64,000 nucleotides of DNA. It comes from Macrostomum lignano (Eukaryota). Of the stretch, positions 25,201 through 37,750 are shown one piece after another (position 1 is the stretch's first letter; each line of letters begins with the position of its first letter). The stretch spans positions 175,553-239,552 of the forward strand of contig NIVC01000597.1 in assembly GCA_002269645.1 (NCBI GenBank), written 5' to 3'. The translations under genes and the position numbers were made by a program. Under the pieces are notes generated by a model. It saw nothing but the letters and a program-made list of their open reading frames with translations, searched no databases and was not told the origin of the DNA.

Positions 25201-26601
25201 GCGCGCCAAGGAGCGCGACGTGTCGCAGGCGCTCATTCAGCTAGCCGAGGAGCGGGCGAGTCTGGACAAACGGGCCGGCGGCCTGCTGTGCGCCAGCTGC
25301 CGAGCGCCTGTCAGGGACTCGATGAACGGCGGCTTCGGCTCCGCGCTGCGGCTGGCCGGCTCCGTTGATTCCGCGTTCTCAAGGAGCCGCGTGAGTTGCT
25401 GGGGTCATTGATGAGTACTGTCAGCCATTTGTCATGGATTGGTGGTGTCATTAGTCATAGATTTGTAGGTCATTATTCATGGATTTGTGGGGTCATTGGC
25501 TATGGAGTGGTGGGGTCATTAGTCATGAATTGGTGGGGTCATTAGTCATGAATTGGTGGGGTCATTAGTCATGAATTGGTGGGGTCATTAGTCATGGATT
25601 GGTAGGGTCATTAGTCATGAATTGGTAGGGTCATTAGTCATGGATTGGTAGGGTCATTAGTCATGGATTGGTAGGGTCATTAGTCATGGATTGATAGGGT
25701 CATTAGTCATGGATTGGTGGGGTCATTAGTCATGAATTGATAGGGTCATTAGTCATGGATTGGTAGGGTCATTAGTCATGGATTGGTGGGGTCATTAGTC
25801 ATGGATTGGTGGGGTCATTAGTCATGGATTGGTAGGGTCATTAGTCATGGATTGGTGGGTCATTAGTCATGAATTGATAGGGTCATTAGTCATGAATTGA
25901 TAGGGTCATTAGTCATGGATTGGTAGGGTCATTAGTCATGGATTGGTGGGGTCATTAGTCATGGATTGGTGGGTCATTAGTCATGGATTGGTGGGGTCAT
26001 TAGTCATGGATTGGTGGGGTCATTAGTCATGGATTGGTAGGGTCATTAGTCATGAATTGATAGGGTCATTAGTCATGAATTGATAGGGTCATTAGTCATG
26101 GATTGGTAGGGTCATTAGTCATGGATTGGTAGGGTCATTAGTCATGGATTGGTGAGGTCATTAGTCATGGATTGGTGGGGTCATTAGTCATGGATTGGTG
26201 GGGTCATTAGTCATGGATTGGTAGGGTCATTAGTCATGGATTGGTGGGGTCATTAGTCATGAATTGATAGGGTCATTAGTCATGGATTGATAGGGTCATT
26301 AGTCATGGATTGGTGAGGTCATTAGTCATGGATTGGTGGGGTCATTAGTCATGGATTGGTGGGGTCATTAGTCATGGATTGGTAGGGTCATTAGTCATGG
26401 ATTGGTGGGGTCATTAGTCATGGATTGGTAGGGTCATTAGTCATGGATTTGTGGGGTCATTAGTCATGGATTGGTGGATCAATAAGTCACAAATAGGAAT
26501 AAATAATTCATATGCATTGATTAATTCATTTTCAGCAATGGGACGACCTCGAGGAAGAGAAACTGTACCTGGAATCATTGAATCACGCTCCCTACGGCTG
26601 A
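16299..26601 (+). CDS. FBF1: Fas-binding factor 1 homolog (ciliary transition-fibre/distal appendage protein), 10 coding exons, ~840 aa
   Basis: Exons 16299-16305, 16379-16861, 17054-17697, 18211-18339, 19829-20028, 21146-21504, 23226-23463, 24156-24243, 25082-25390, 26536-26601 total 2523 nt with consistent phases. Acidic low-complexity N-half, long coiled coil, LCASCRAPV, and terminal DDLEEEKLYLESLNHAPY resembling the FBF1 C-terminus (FLENEQFFLETL...Y). Confidence 0.78.
18495..19045. repeat. Minisatellite, 23-bp unit (AAAACTCCAATTGGTTATTTCCG), FBF1 intron 4
   Basis: Tandem copies. Confidence 0.95.
20100..21070 (+). repeat. Minisatellite, 15-bp unit (GGGTATTGATCTATT), FBF1 intron 5
   Basis: Tandem copies; reverse complement of the array at 21578-23190. 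Confidence 0.95.
21578..23190 (-). repeat. Same 15-bp minisatellite in inverted orientation (AATAGATCAATACCC), FBF1 intron 6, with higher-order blocks
   Basis: Tandem copies; ORF-track peptides GIDLL/VLIYW recur on the opposite strand relative to intron 5. Confidence 0.95.
23500..24020. repeat. Minisatellite, 24-bp unit (TGGGTCACTGGGTTCATTGGGTAT), FBF1 intron 7
   Basis: Degenerate tandem copies. Confidence 0.9.
24372..25035. repeat. Minisatellite, 16-bp unit (AGCTTGTGAAGTCTGT), FBF1 intron 8
   Basis: About 41 nearly perfect copies. Confidence 0.97.
25425..26478. repeat. Minisatellite, 23-bp unit (TAGTCATGGATTGGTAGGGTCAT), FBF1 intron 9
   Basis: Tandem copies. Confidence 0.95.
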
Positions 26602-27044
26602 ACCTACGCTCGTACATTCGTAAATTAATATAGTTTAAAAGACGAACTTAATCAAGCCCTAAATTTTCTTTTTTGTTAATGTGGTTTATTTCTACCGACT
26701 GCGTATAGAAAGAATTGCTTATTCTTAGATGGCTGTGCCGTCGGTTTTCGAATTTTCAAAATCTGTTGTGCATTCGAATTAATAAAAATGTGTACATATA
26801 ATTTTCTTGTCTTCTATTGCTACAATATGAAAGCTGTGTTATTTAAAATCCCATTGATTTCTTATTTAAGCGTTTCAGATTCTGTTGTTAATGTAATTAT
26901 AGTTTGAGCCGATCATAGAGAAAGATGTAACGTAATTAAATATAAATTTTCTGTGACATTCGAACACTAACTGGATTAGTGTCGAATAAAATTTATTATA
27001 ATAATTTGCCTACGTGATTTCGAACACACGGTCGTAACAACAAC

Positions 27045-27395
27045 GGTCATACAGTCACGATCAAAGCAACAAAAATGGTCATACAGTCACGATTATAGCA
27101 AAAATAACAATCATACAGTCACGATCATAGCAACAATAATGGTCATACAGTCACGATCATAGCAACAATAATGGTCATACAGTCACGATCATAGCAACAA
27201 TAATGGTCATACAGTCACGATCATAGCAACAATATTGGTCATACAGTCACGATCATAGCAACAATATTGGTCATACAGTCACGATCATAGCAACGATAAT
27301 GGTCATGAAGTCACGATCATAGCAACGATAATGGTCATGAAGTCACGATCATAGCAACGATAATGGTCATGAAGTCACGATCATAGCAACAGTCA
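27045..27395. repeat. Minisatellite, 32-bp unit (TCACGATCATAGCAACAATAATGGTCATACAG)
   Basis: About 11 copies downstream of FBF1. Confidence 0.92.
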
Positions 27396-28188
27396 ATCAT
27401 AGCAATATTTCCATACAAGCAGAATTCCATACAGAAAAATAAAAGAAGAATTCTAAATCAACTATATAGAATTAAAATTTTAATAGTGAATACAAGCAAC
27501 CAAGACTTTGATTAAACATCAAGATATAGAATTCCGAATGTATTTATAGTTTAAACAATAGGCGTACACACAAAAACAGATTGTGTGATTTAAGAATGAA
27601 TGAACTTCCATTATTGTGTAAGAAATTTTAACACAGATAAAACACAAACAATTGATATCGAATGAAATTAAAAAAATACGTGATTCGTTGATTAACTATT
27701 GACAGTAGTAACCAAACAATTTTTATGCCCACTTTTGGTCCACTGTTAGAGAATGAAGCAGGTCAGCTGTAAGAACCTATTAAACAATAATAAAATCAAA
27801 CGTAATTGAATTTAGAAAAATAATTATAGATTCTTCAAATGCAAAGTTAACAGTGGCAAACAATTAAATATATTTGTGTACCTATCTGTATTAATGTGTA
27901 ACTTTAGTAACAGTAACAATCATTATGAAACTGATGCCAGTAAGTCCACAGTGGTTACACATTCTTGGCACACAAAAATAGTGTTTGACATAACTTGGTC
28001 GATACACAAGCTTGTCGATTATTCGGTACTAAAAGGACGGACTTAACAGTAGCAAACATTAGTGGCAATACAAAATAACTAGGATGTCACTTTCAATTAA
28101 TTTTTTAAAGCAGAGCGTCTACTCTGTTTTCAGTAGTTTGTCTGTGCAGTGTCGCTTAAATTTAATGCACTAAATGTACAAAAGTGAC

Positions 28189-28395
28189 TAGGGGGCAGGC
28201 TCAATCTGGCTCAGCCAATGAGAGAGCAGTAAGGAGAGAAGTCCAAGTTAGAAGGACGAAACTCAGCTAGGGGGGCAGGCCCAATCAAGCTCAGCCAATG
28301 AGAGAGCAGGGAGAGAAATTAAAGTTAGACGGACGAAACTCAGCCTAGGGGGCAGGCCAATGAGAGAGGAGTAAAGAGAGAAATTAAAGTTAGCC
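28189..28395. repeat. Three ~75-bp direct repeats containing CCAAT boxes
   Basis: CTAGGGGGCAGGC...AGCCAATGAGAGAG...AAGTTAG repeated three times. Confidence 0.7.
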
Positions 28396-28989
28396 TAACT
28401 GTTTATCACTCTGGCTGGAGGCTGGGCGCCACCCCCCTTTCTCAATTGCTTGCTATGCAACGCACTAGACTAGATTTGGGTGCAGCTTCAAACAGGACAA
28501 AGACGTTAATTTATTGGTTCTGCTTGTAGAAAGCCAGAGGCGATTGTTGCAGCTTTAAAAACTTTAATATCGTGCAAAATTCAACAATACATATTTCCTT
28601 GTATTATAAAGGCAAAAAACGCTAATTTTGCTACTGAAAAGAGTGCCTGAGCGTATTTTTTTGCGGGTGACAATTATGTTAAAGGTGGTAAAAACGAAGC
28701 AAAAGTTAATTAATGAAAAGTCACACAGCAAAATGTCTTTACAAAAGAACTAAGCTAAAAGAATATTGCTGGTTAAATTTTGTGATGATAAAGTTTTGCG
28801 CACGTTTAGTGCACTGTAGTGGACTAAAATAAGGGGCAGGATACATTTTGTTGGTCGTTGCCAAAGAAAGAATGAGAGACGGACACACAGACACTTGGAA
28901 ATAGATAGATAGATAAAGTTATGGTCATTAAGTTGCTAATCACTAAAAGTGGGTAGAACCGTAGGCGTATAAGTGGGGTGGGTAAAGTG

Positions 28990-29650
28990 GGCAAATAGGT
29001 AGATAGTGTGGTAGGTACAGATATAGGGTAGCGTAGGTAGGGGACGTAGGGTATTTAGCCTTGTGTGTAGGCAGGTAGGTACACATGTAAGTAGGGAGCA
29101 GGGAGGTAAGGTAAACAAGTACGGTAGTTTGGTAGGGTAGATATGTAAGATAGCTAGGTAGATAAACAGGTAGGTAGTAGGTACGCAAGGTAAATATGGT
29201 TGATAGGTAGGTAGGTACGTACGTAGATAGGAAGGTAGTTAGCTAAGTAGGTAGGTAGGTAGGTAGGTAGGTAGGTAGGTAGGTAGGTAGGTAGGTAGGT
29301 AGGTAGGTAGGTAGGTAGTTAGGCAAGTAGCTAGGTAGGTAGGTAGTTAGATAGGTAGTTAGGTAGGTAGGTAGGTAGGTAGTTAGGTACGTAGGTAGGT
29401 AGGTAGGTAGGTAGGTAGGTAAGTAGCTAGGTAGGTAGGTTAGTAGGTACTTAGGTAGTTAGGTAGGTAGGTAGTTAGGTAGGTAGGTAGGTAGGTAGGT
29501 AGGTAGGTAGGTAGGTAGGTAGGTAGGTAAGTAGCTAGGTAGGTAGGTAGGTAAGTAGCTAGGTAGGTAGGTTGGTAGGTAGTTAGGTAGGTAGGTAGGT
29601 AGGTAGGTAAGTGGCAGGTATGAAGGTAGGTAGGTAGCTAGGCAGGTTAG
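28990..29650. repeat. (GTAG)n microsatellite
   Basis: Read directly. Confidence 0.95.
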
Positions 29651-29795
29651 ATAGTTGCAGAAAGGCAGACGGACACAGGCAGGACACATCATGGTGCAGA
29701 CACACTGCTAGTCTTCACAGGCAAATAAATAAGAATCGCACAAGATGCAAACGCACCCAGAAATCAGATTCGATTCCGTTCTCAATGACGGCCTC

Positions 29796-32700
29796 TCAAA
29801 TCGCCGCGGCGCCGCCCCGGCCGTCGTTATTGCCGCGCAACAATTCCGTCATGTCGAATTCTTCGTTCGATTCGCCGCCGCTGTCGCCATCGCAGTCGTA
29901 GACGTCGTCAACTCCGACGCCGCCGGCGGCGGCTACCCGCAGATGCCGAGCGGATGCCGACGAGGCGAAGCGAGTCTTGGCCAGAGCGCAGACGGCGCCA
30001 ACTGAGCACAGGCCGACCAGCAGGAGCGGGCTGGTCACCCGCACCAGGACGCCTGGGCTGGACGTGGCCCGGTGCAGGTAGCCGGTGAGCGCCGGCACCA
30101 GCATTTCGCCTGTCAGCTGGCCGCAGATGAGAAACACGGCTGCGCACCTGGTGGACAAGGGGGGTGGGGTGGGGCGAGGTCTCAGATATGGGCGCTCTGG
30201 GAGAACTGGTTTAGGATCGGAATGCGAATCGAAAGTTAGGGATGTATGGCTTTGAGGATTTACGGATTGGTGGATTTGAGGATTGAGGGACTTTAGATTG
30301 GTGATTTCGGATTGGGGATTGAGGGATATGGGGATTGGGGATTGAGGGATTTGGGAATTGGGGATTGAGGGATTTAGGGATTGGGTGATTGAGGGATTTG
30401 GGGATTGAGGGATATGGGGATTGGGGATTGAGGGATATGGGGATTGGGGATTGAGGGATATGGGGATTGGGGATTGAGGGATATGGGGATTGGGGATTGA
30501 GGGATATGGGGATTGGGGATTGAGGGATTTGGGGATCGGGGATTGAGGGATATGGGGATTGGGGATTGAGGGATTTGGGGATTGGGGATTGAGGGATATG
30601 GGGATTGGGGATTGAGGGATTTGGGGATTGGGGGATTGGGGATTGAGGGATATGGGGATTGGGGATTGAGGGATATGGGGATTGGGGATTGAGGGATATG
30701 TGGTTTGGGGGATTGAGGGATTTGGGGATTGGGGATTGAGGGATATGGGGTTTGGGGGATTGAGGGATTGGGGGATTGGGGGATTGAGGGATATGGGGAT
30801 TGGGGATTGAGGGATATGGGGATTGGGGATTGGGGATTGAGGGATATGGGGATTGGGGATTGAGGGATTTGGGGATTGGGGATTGAGGGATTTGGGGATT
30901 GGGGATTGAGGGATTTGGGGATTGAGGGATTTGGGGATTGAGGGATTTGGGGATTGGGGATTGAGGGATTTGGGGATTGAGGGATTTGGGGATTGGGGAT
31001 TGAGGGATTTGGGGATTGGGGGATTGAGGGATTGGAGATTTAGTCTGAAGGGTCTGAAGCTTTGAGAATTAAGCCACCAGCCATATAAAATAGTCACCTA
31101 AAATTGCCATAGGACAATAGCCGTTCGCACAGGTCCACCAGACCCGTGAGCATAGGCGCCAGTCCGACTCCGGTGAGCAGAGCGGCGGCCCACAGCCAGG
31201 CGTGGCCAGCTGGCCAGAACAGGGCCACACCGACAGTCAGCAAGACGGAGTTCAAGCCCAACTGCAGAGCCGGGGCGCGCAGACAACGCAGACAGCAGCA
31301 CAGGGCCAGCAGGCGGGACAGCAGCATGCCCAGGTACATTAATCCGGTAATTAGCAAGCCGGATCGAACTGTCAGGCCCAGATAACGAACCGAATAGCTA
31401 AACAGATAGCCGCCCAGCGTCACCTCGAGGCCGTGCAGGCAGAAGCCGGAGCAGAAAAGGCAGACCCGCATGATCACGTGATCAGCCGACATGGTCACCG
31501 ACGACAGGACGGCGTTGGCTGCGGCCGAGGAGGAAGAAGCGCCGGGGAACTGGTAGGCCGGACAACTGCATGAGCAGACTGCCAGCAGCAGAGCAGCAAT
31601 AGCGGCTGCGCAGGCCAGGATGATGTACAGAGTCTGCAACGAGCTCAGGCCGCGCCAGTAGGCAAGAGCAGCCGATGCCGGAGACGCAGTGGGCGTCGGT
31701 TTAGGTGACGACAGCGTTGCTGACTGCCCCGGTATTGTTGTTGTCAGTGTAGTTGCCCAAATTGACGACGTAGTGTAAGTCTTTGTGTTCGTAGTGGGGG
31801 AGCTACTAGTTACAGCTGGAGCCTTTGTCGTGCTATCAGTAGTCTTTGTCGTGCTATCAGTAGTCTTTGTCGTGCTAGCAGTAATCTTTTTCGTACTATC
31901 AGTAGTCTTTATCGTGCTAGCAGTAGTCTTTGTCGTGCTAGCAGTAGTCTTTGTCGTGCTAGCAATAGTCTTTGTCGTGCTATCAGTAGTCTTTGTCGTG
32001 CTATCAGTAGTCTTTGTTGTGCTATCAGTAGTCTTTGTCGTGCTAGCAGTAGTCTTTGTTGTACTAGCAGTAGGTTCTGTTGAACTAACGGTAGTCTCTA
32101 TTGATCCTTCGGTATCGATTGCTGCACTCACTACTACACTAGTCTTTGTAGCCATCTTTGTAATTGTATTGCCAGTATTGTTAACAATATCCGGTTTCGG
32201 AGCAACTGTCACAGAAATATTCGCAGTCGAATTGATTCCAGGAAATTCTGTGGAATTCGCCTGAATGCCAGGACTTGTGGTAGAATTAAGGGCAGGTTGT
32301 GGCACTGACGAGCTTTTCACGCCAGAAAAGCTGCCCGCCGAGGCGGCGGCGTGTTGCTCTTTGTGAATTTGGCCAACCCGCTGGGCTTCTTTGTGAAGCT
32401 TCACTTTGTTGCCAGACACGCTGCCGTCTGCTACGTGCGGCGACTGATTCAACTGCTGGCTATCCGTGATACCCGGCTTCTTGGACTTCTGCGGGGCCGG
32501 CGGCGGTGCTGCAGATGAAGCTGCAACTCCAGAGGATACTGGAGCTGCAACCGAAGGCTGCGGAGCTGCAACTGAAAGCTGCGGAACTGCAACCGAAGGC
32601 TGCGGAGCTGCAACTGAAGGCTGCGGAGCTGCAACTGAAGGCTGCGGAGCTGCAACTGAAGGCTGCGGAGCTGCAACTGAAGGCTGCGGAGCTGCAACCG

Positions 32701-34118
32701 AAGGCTGCGGAGCTGCAACTGAAGGCTGCGGAGCTGCAACCGAAGGCTGCGGAGCTGCAACTGAAGGCTGCGGAGCTGCAACCGAAGGCTGCGGAGCTGC
32801 AACCGAAGACTGCGGAGCTGCAACCGAAGACTGCGGAGCTGCAACCAAAGGCTTCAACTGAGCGCTAGCTACAGACGGCAGTTCAGCAGCAGAAGACTGC
32901 AAAGCTGCTGCCGCATTGCTCAATTCAGCGGAAGCAGATCTGACGGCTCGACCGGAACGGGAGTCGAGGCCGGTCAGCATGCGGAGGTCTTTGTGCTGAC
33001 GCAGCAGGGTGACGTTGCCGGGCACGAGGCCGCCGCCGACTCCGCTGCCGCCGCAGGCGAGAGCGGTCAGAGGCGCCAGCAGCATGCCAAGAGCGCTGGC
33101 GGCCAGAAACAGGCGGCGAGGCAGTCCGCTAGACGAGTAGTGATGCTGGAACACGGCTGATGCAGCGCTTAGGCAGAGCAGCAATCCGAATCCCTGAGGA
33201 ACGGTCGGGTGGGATTAAATTACATATGAAAATATATTATCATCAGATAGACTGAAAAACTATTCTAATCCTAATGACCACAGTCTAGCAATCCACTCTG
33301 ACTGCAACAGTCTAGCAATCCACTCTGACTGCTACAGTCTAGCAATCCACTCTGACTGCAACAGCCTAGCAATCCACTCTGACTGCTACAGTCTAGCAAT
33401 CCACTCTGACTGCAACAGTCTAGCAATCCACTCTGACTGCAACAGTCTAGCAATCCACTCTGACTGCAACAGTCTAGCAATCCACTCTGACTGCAACAGT
33501 CTAGCAATCCGCCGCCAGGCCCACCTGCACAGCGAAGGCGGGCATCAGCGACCAGATCTTGTCGCACAGCAGCACCAGCAGACTGCCAATGCAGGCCCCG
33601 GCCAGCCCGGCCGAGCCCAGCACCCTGGGTGAGGCGAACTCGGCCAGAAACCGGCCGAGCAAGGCGCCGCCAAGACCGCCGACAGCTCGGCCGGCGAACA
33701 GCAGGACAACTTGATCCTCGCGCGACCCGGTGGAGTTCTCCAAAGCCAGCAGAGTGGGGCCGGGCATGGCCAATGCCAGGCCGCAGGCGACCCCTGCCAG
33801 AGACATGCCGGCGTACAGATCGAATGCTCGACGGCCGCCACCGCAGCAGCGCGACGACGATCGTCTTGACGTCGACGATTCGACATCGTCGGACGTTGTC
33901 GTTGTTGAATTCAAAGCGGCCGCCCCTGCGACTGGTCGATTCCGTTTCGGTTGACGCTTTCTATGGTGCCTACTGCTAGTAGGGCTCTCGCTACTGCTAT
34001 GCTTGCCATTGTTATTGTTATAATTAGTGAAGTTTCTGTTGGATCCGTTCAAATGTCGTCGATCAATCAGGGCTTTGTTGTCGTCGGAGCCGCCGAAGTC
34101 GTCGGAGTCAGAGTTCAT
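29796..34118 (-). CDS. MFSD4: MFSD4-like (sodium-dependent glucose transporter/SLC60-type) MFS transporter with a large mucin-like extracellular insert, 3 exons, ~1013 aa
   Basis: Exons 34118-33525, 33193-31098 and 30147-29796 (phases 0 and 2; 3042 nt). Family motifs MPGPTLLAL...[18 protein letters not shown] and [12 protein letters not shown]. Twelve hydrophobic segments with a ~460-aa P/A/S/T-rich insert after the fifth. Confidence 0.82.
30275..31040. repeat. G-rich low-complexity array (GGGGATT/GAGGGAT units), MFSD4-like intron 2
   Basis: Read directly. Confidence 0.92.
33280..33510. repeat. Minisatellite, 27-bp unit (CAGTCTAGCAATCCACTCTGACTGCAA), MFSD4-like intron 1
   Basis: About 8.5 copies starting ~15 nt from the splice donor. 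Confidence 0.93.
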
Positions 34119-35189
34119 GATGAGGGGGGGGGGCGGCAGCTGGATTCTGGCGCTGTTAGAACCACCGGCTGCGCTGCGTTGTCAGGGGCAACGCGGCAGG
34201 AATATTTGACGAGCAGGTACATCATGATTAATTGTCAGTTTTTATTTCGCTTTAAAACAGGTTTCCTCTAATTATTTCAGCTCAGTAGTAAGGAAGCATG
34301 TGTAAGCATTCTTTTATGAAATAGAAGGACCAGAGGACCAGAGAGTGTACATGACTGATGATTAGACAGTCAGAGTGCCACTGTACACCCCGTGTGAGCG
34401 GTGCATGAATGCGTGCCTGAGTACAGTATTGGCACTCTTGTGTGTGTTCAGGAGCCCGCGGAATGGGCAAAATTGCCTCAGTGTTGGCTGTGTTTGTGGG
34501 ACAACGCCAGCAGCCCTTCTGCAGTTATTTATTATTCTACTAAAAGTAGCCTATCGGCACACGAAAATATAGTGTGTCATCACTCTTATTGAAAATGTTC
34601 TTATCTACGCTAATTATCCTATATAGTATGAATAATAAAAATTAAAAGTGAAGCACAGGAAACAAACTGCATAGGCACGATAAAACAATTGAAAAATAAA
34701 TCTGTTAGCATTGTTTATTAATAATAGACTCGGATTTTGACAGCTAGAAAATTAAAGCATAATTACATTTAAATCATGCGGGTTTCCAAAATAAAAACCA
34801 TTGTCTCAATTTGATTCTACTTTGAAAGCCATGGTTGCTACACCGAGTCAGATTTTGTCACACACACACCAGACACCGCCTAGTCTAGCTACTGGAGAGA
34901 AAGTCAAATTTTGCAAACACAAAGGCAGGCGGGTTAAGTTTCAAGTTTAGTAAGCATGTATGCAATTATAGGACTAAACAGAAATTATTTAATCGAATTC
35001 CTGCTGAATTCACGAGTTCAATCAGGACATTATTGCATACGCCACGAGACAGACAGATTTTATTAATCTAAATAAGGATACATAATTAAATAATCTGTAT
35101 TATGCTATATATCATATGCACCCGGACACTTGTGCTTATTTATAAGTAGCTGCGGGTGTCTAACTGACAACATGCTTAGAGACTTTGTC

Positions 35190-35497
35190 TGACTCTCTCT
35201 GTGTTAGTGTCTGTCTGTGTGTCTGTCTGTGTGTCCGTCTGTGTGTCTGTCAGTTTGTGTGTCTGCCTGTCTGTCTGTCTGTCTGTCAGTCTGTCTGTCT
35301 GTGTGTCAGTCTGTGTGTCTGTCTGTGTCTGTCTGTCTGTCAGTCTGTGTGTCTGTCAGTCTGCCTGTCTGTCTGTCTGTCAGTCAGTCTGTTTGTCTGT
35401 CTGTCTATCAGTCTAGCCCTGCGTTTTCACTGTTAGGCCAAGCCAGACAGACAATAGAGACAGACAGACAGACAGACAAAAAGACAGACAGGCAGAC

Positions 35498-35533
<36 letters not shown>

Positions 35534-35542
35534 CGACAGACC

Positions 35543-35586
<44 letters not shown>

Positions 35587-35587
35587 T

Positions 35588-35633
<46 letters not shown>

Positions 35634-35693
35634 CGACAGACCGACAGACAGACAGACGACAGGCAGACAGACAGACATTCTGACAGACACTCT

Positions 35694-35729
<36 letters not shown>

Positions 35730-35745
35730 CTCTGACAGACACTCT

Positions 35746-35825
<80 letters not shown>

Positions 35826-35861
35826 GGCAGACAGACAGACAGACACTCTGACAGACACTCT

Positions 35862-35913
<52 letters not shown>

Positions 35914-35935
35914 GGCAGGCAGGCAGACAGGCAAG
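35190..35935. repeat. Adjacent inverted microsatellites, (TGTC)n at 35190-35410 and (GACA)n at 35445-35935
   Basis: Read directly; short unique spacer between them. Confidence 0.92.
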
Positions 35936-36669
35936 CAGAGAAGCACAGAGCTCGTTCGGAGTGATAACCAAGACCGAAGAGGTGAATTCGTGAATTAATT
36001 TCCTACCTAATTTTGAGGGCCATTGGATTAAAACTAATCCAGCACTGGATTAAAACAAAGCAGCACACATCAAACCGAATGCTTCAAACAACGATGCAAA
36101 ATGCTTTCAGGTAAACAGATGGAAACTGAGCGTTTTGAAATATTCGAAATGGAAAATAATTTGACAATAAAAACCGAACATACTCGGATATCAAAGAGTG
36201 CTCTTAGACTTAGACAGAAGAATTTAAACAAAAAGGTTTCAATTTAGACAGTAGGACTACAAAGAATTTATTAGGCAAATGAGAAATAACTCAAAACAGC
36301 AACCGTACGAGTAGTTGGTAGTTCTACTGTTAAAAGCAGACTAGAGACCGACTTCTCAAGGAATTCAATAGTCATGCAGGTAAATTATAAATCATTTGAC
36401 ACAAGCGAGTTTTATACTGCAAAAAGTATTACAAATTTAGTCTTAGTTGCTTGAGTAAGCGTGCAGAGAGTAACTAAACCGCAGCAACAAATCGAATTTA
36501 ATCACGAGGTTATAAAATATCAACAATGTTTGCATATCTATACTCGAATGACATTCTTTGTTAAAAATGTTTTTTAACGAAATCACAAGGGCGTTAGTTA
36601 TAAGCACAGATTTTACGCTGAATTGGCTGGTAAATGGGCGCTCCGTATAAATAATTTTTTGCTATTATG

Positions 36670-37630
36670 ACATTGGCTAGTCTAGCATCCGCTTAGAATC
36701 CTATATGTTATTATTGTTATGCAAGTTGGCTAGTCTAGCAATCCACTTGGAATCTTATATATTAATCAAACTGGCTAGTCTAGCAATCCACTTGGATCTT
36801 ATATATTAATCAAACTGGCTAGTCTAGCAATCCACTTGGATCTTATATATTAATCAAACTGGCTAGTCTAGCAATCCACTTGGATCTTATATATTAATCA
36901 AACTGGCTAGTCTAGCAATCCACTTGGATCTTATATATTAAGCAAATTGGCTAGTCTAGCAATCCACTTGGAATCTTATATATTAATCAAACTGGCTAGT
37001 CTAGCAATCCACTTGGATCTTATATATTAAGAAAATTGGTTAGTCTAGCAATCCACTTGGATCTTATATATTAAGCAAATTGGCTAGTCTAGCAATCCAC
37101 TTGGATCTTATATATTAAGAAAATTGGTTAGTCTAGCAATCCACTTGGATCTTATATATTAATCAAACTGGCTAGTCTAGCAATCCACTTGGATCTTATA
37201 TATTAAGAAAATTGGTTAGTCTAGCAATCCACTTGGATCTTATATATTAAGAAAATTGGTTAGTCTAGCAATCCACTTGGATCTTATATATTAAGAAAAT
37301 TGGTTAGTCTAGCAATCCACTTGGATCTTATATATTAAGAAAATTGGTTAGTCTAGCAATCCACTTGGATCTTATATATTAAGCAAACTGGCTAGTCTAG
37401 CAATCCACTTGGATCTTATATATTAATCAAACTGGCTAGTCTAGCAATCCACTTGGATCTTATATATTAAGAAAATTGGTTAGTCTAGCAATCCGCTTGG
37501 ATCTTATATATTAATCAAACTGGCTAGTCTAGCAATCCACTTGGATCTTATATATTAAGAAAATTGGTTAGTCTAGCAATCCACTTGGATCTTATATATT
37601 AAGCAAACTGGCTAGTCTAGCGATCCACCT
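36670..37630. repeat. Minisatellite, 44-bp unit (CTAGTCTAGCAATCCACTTGGATCTTATATATTAATCAAACTGG)
   Basis: About 21 copies downstream of the convertase stop codon. Confidence 0.95.
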
Positions 37631-37750
37631 GTAGATTTAGTATACGTGAATATCAGAAAGACTCATATCAAGATTAGTCTGTCCAATGACTAAACAGACG
37701 CGGAGCTAACATTCAATATGTACATACAATTTTAACACAGCCAACAAGCC

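Noticed and set aside
8841-26601. Functional cluster of LIN37 (cell cycle) and FBF1 (cilia) as a divergent pair
   Set aside because: The start codons are ~4.7 kb apart with repeat-derived DNA between them, and I found no convincing shared motif (no clear RFX X-box); adjacency alone is not evidence.
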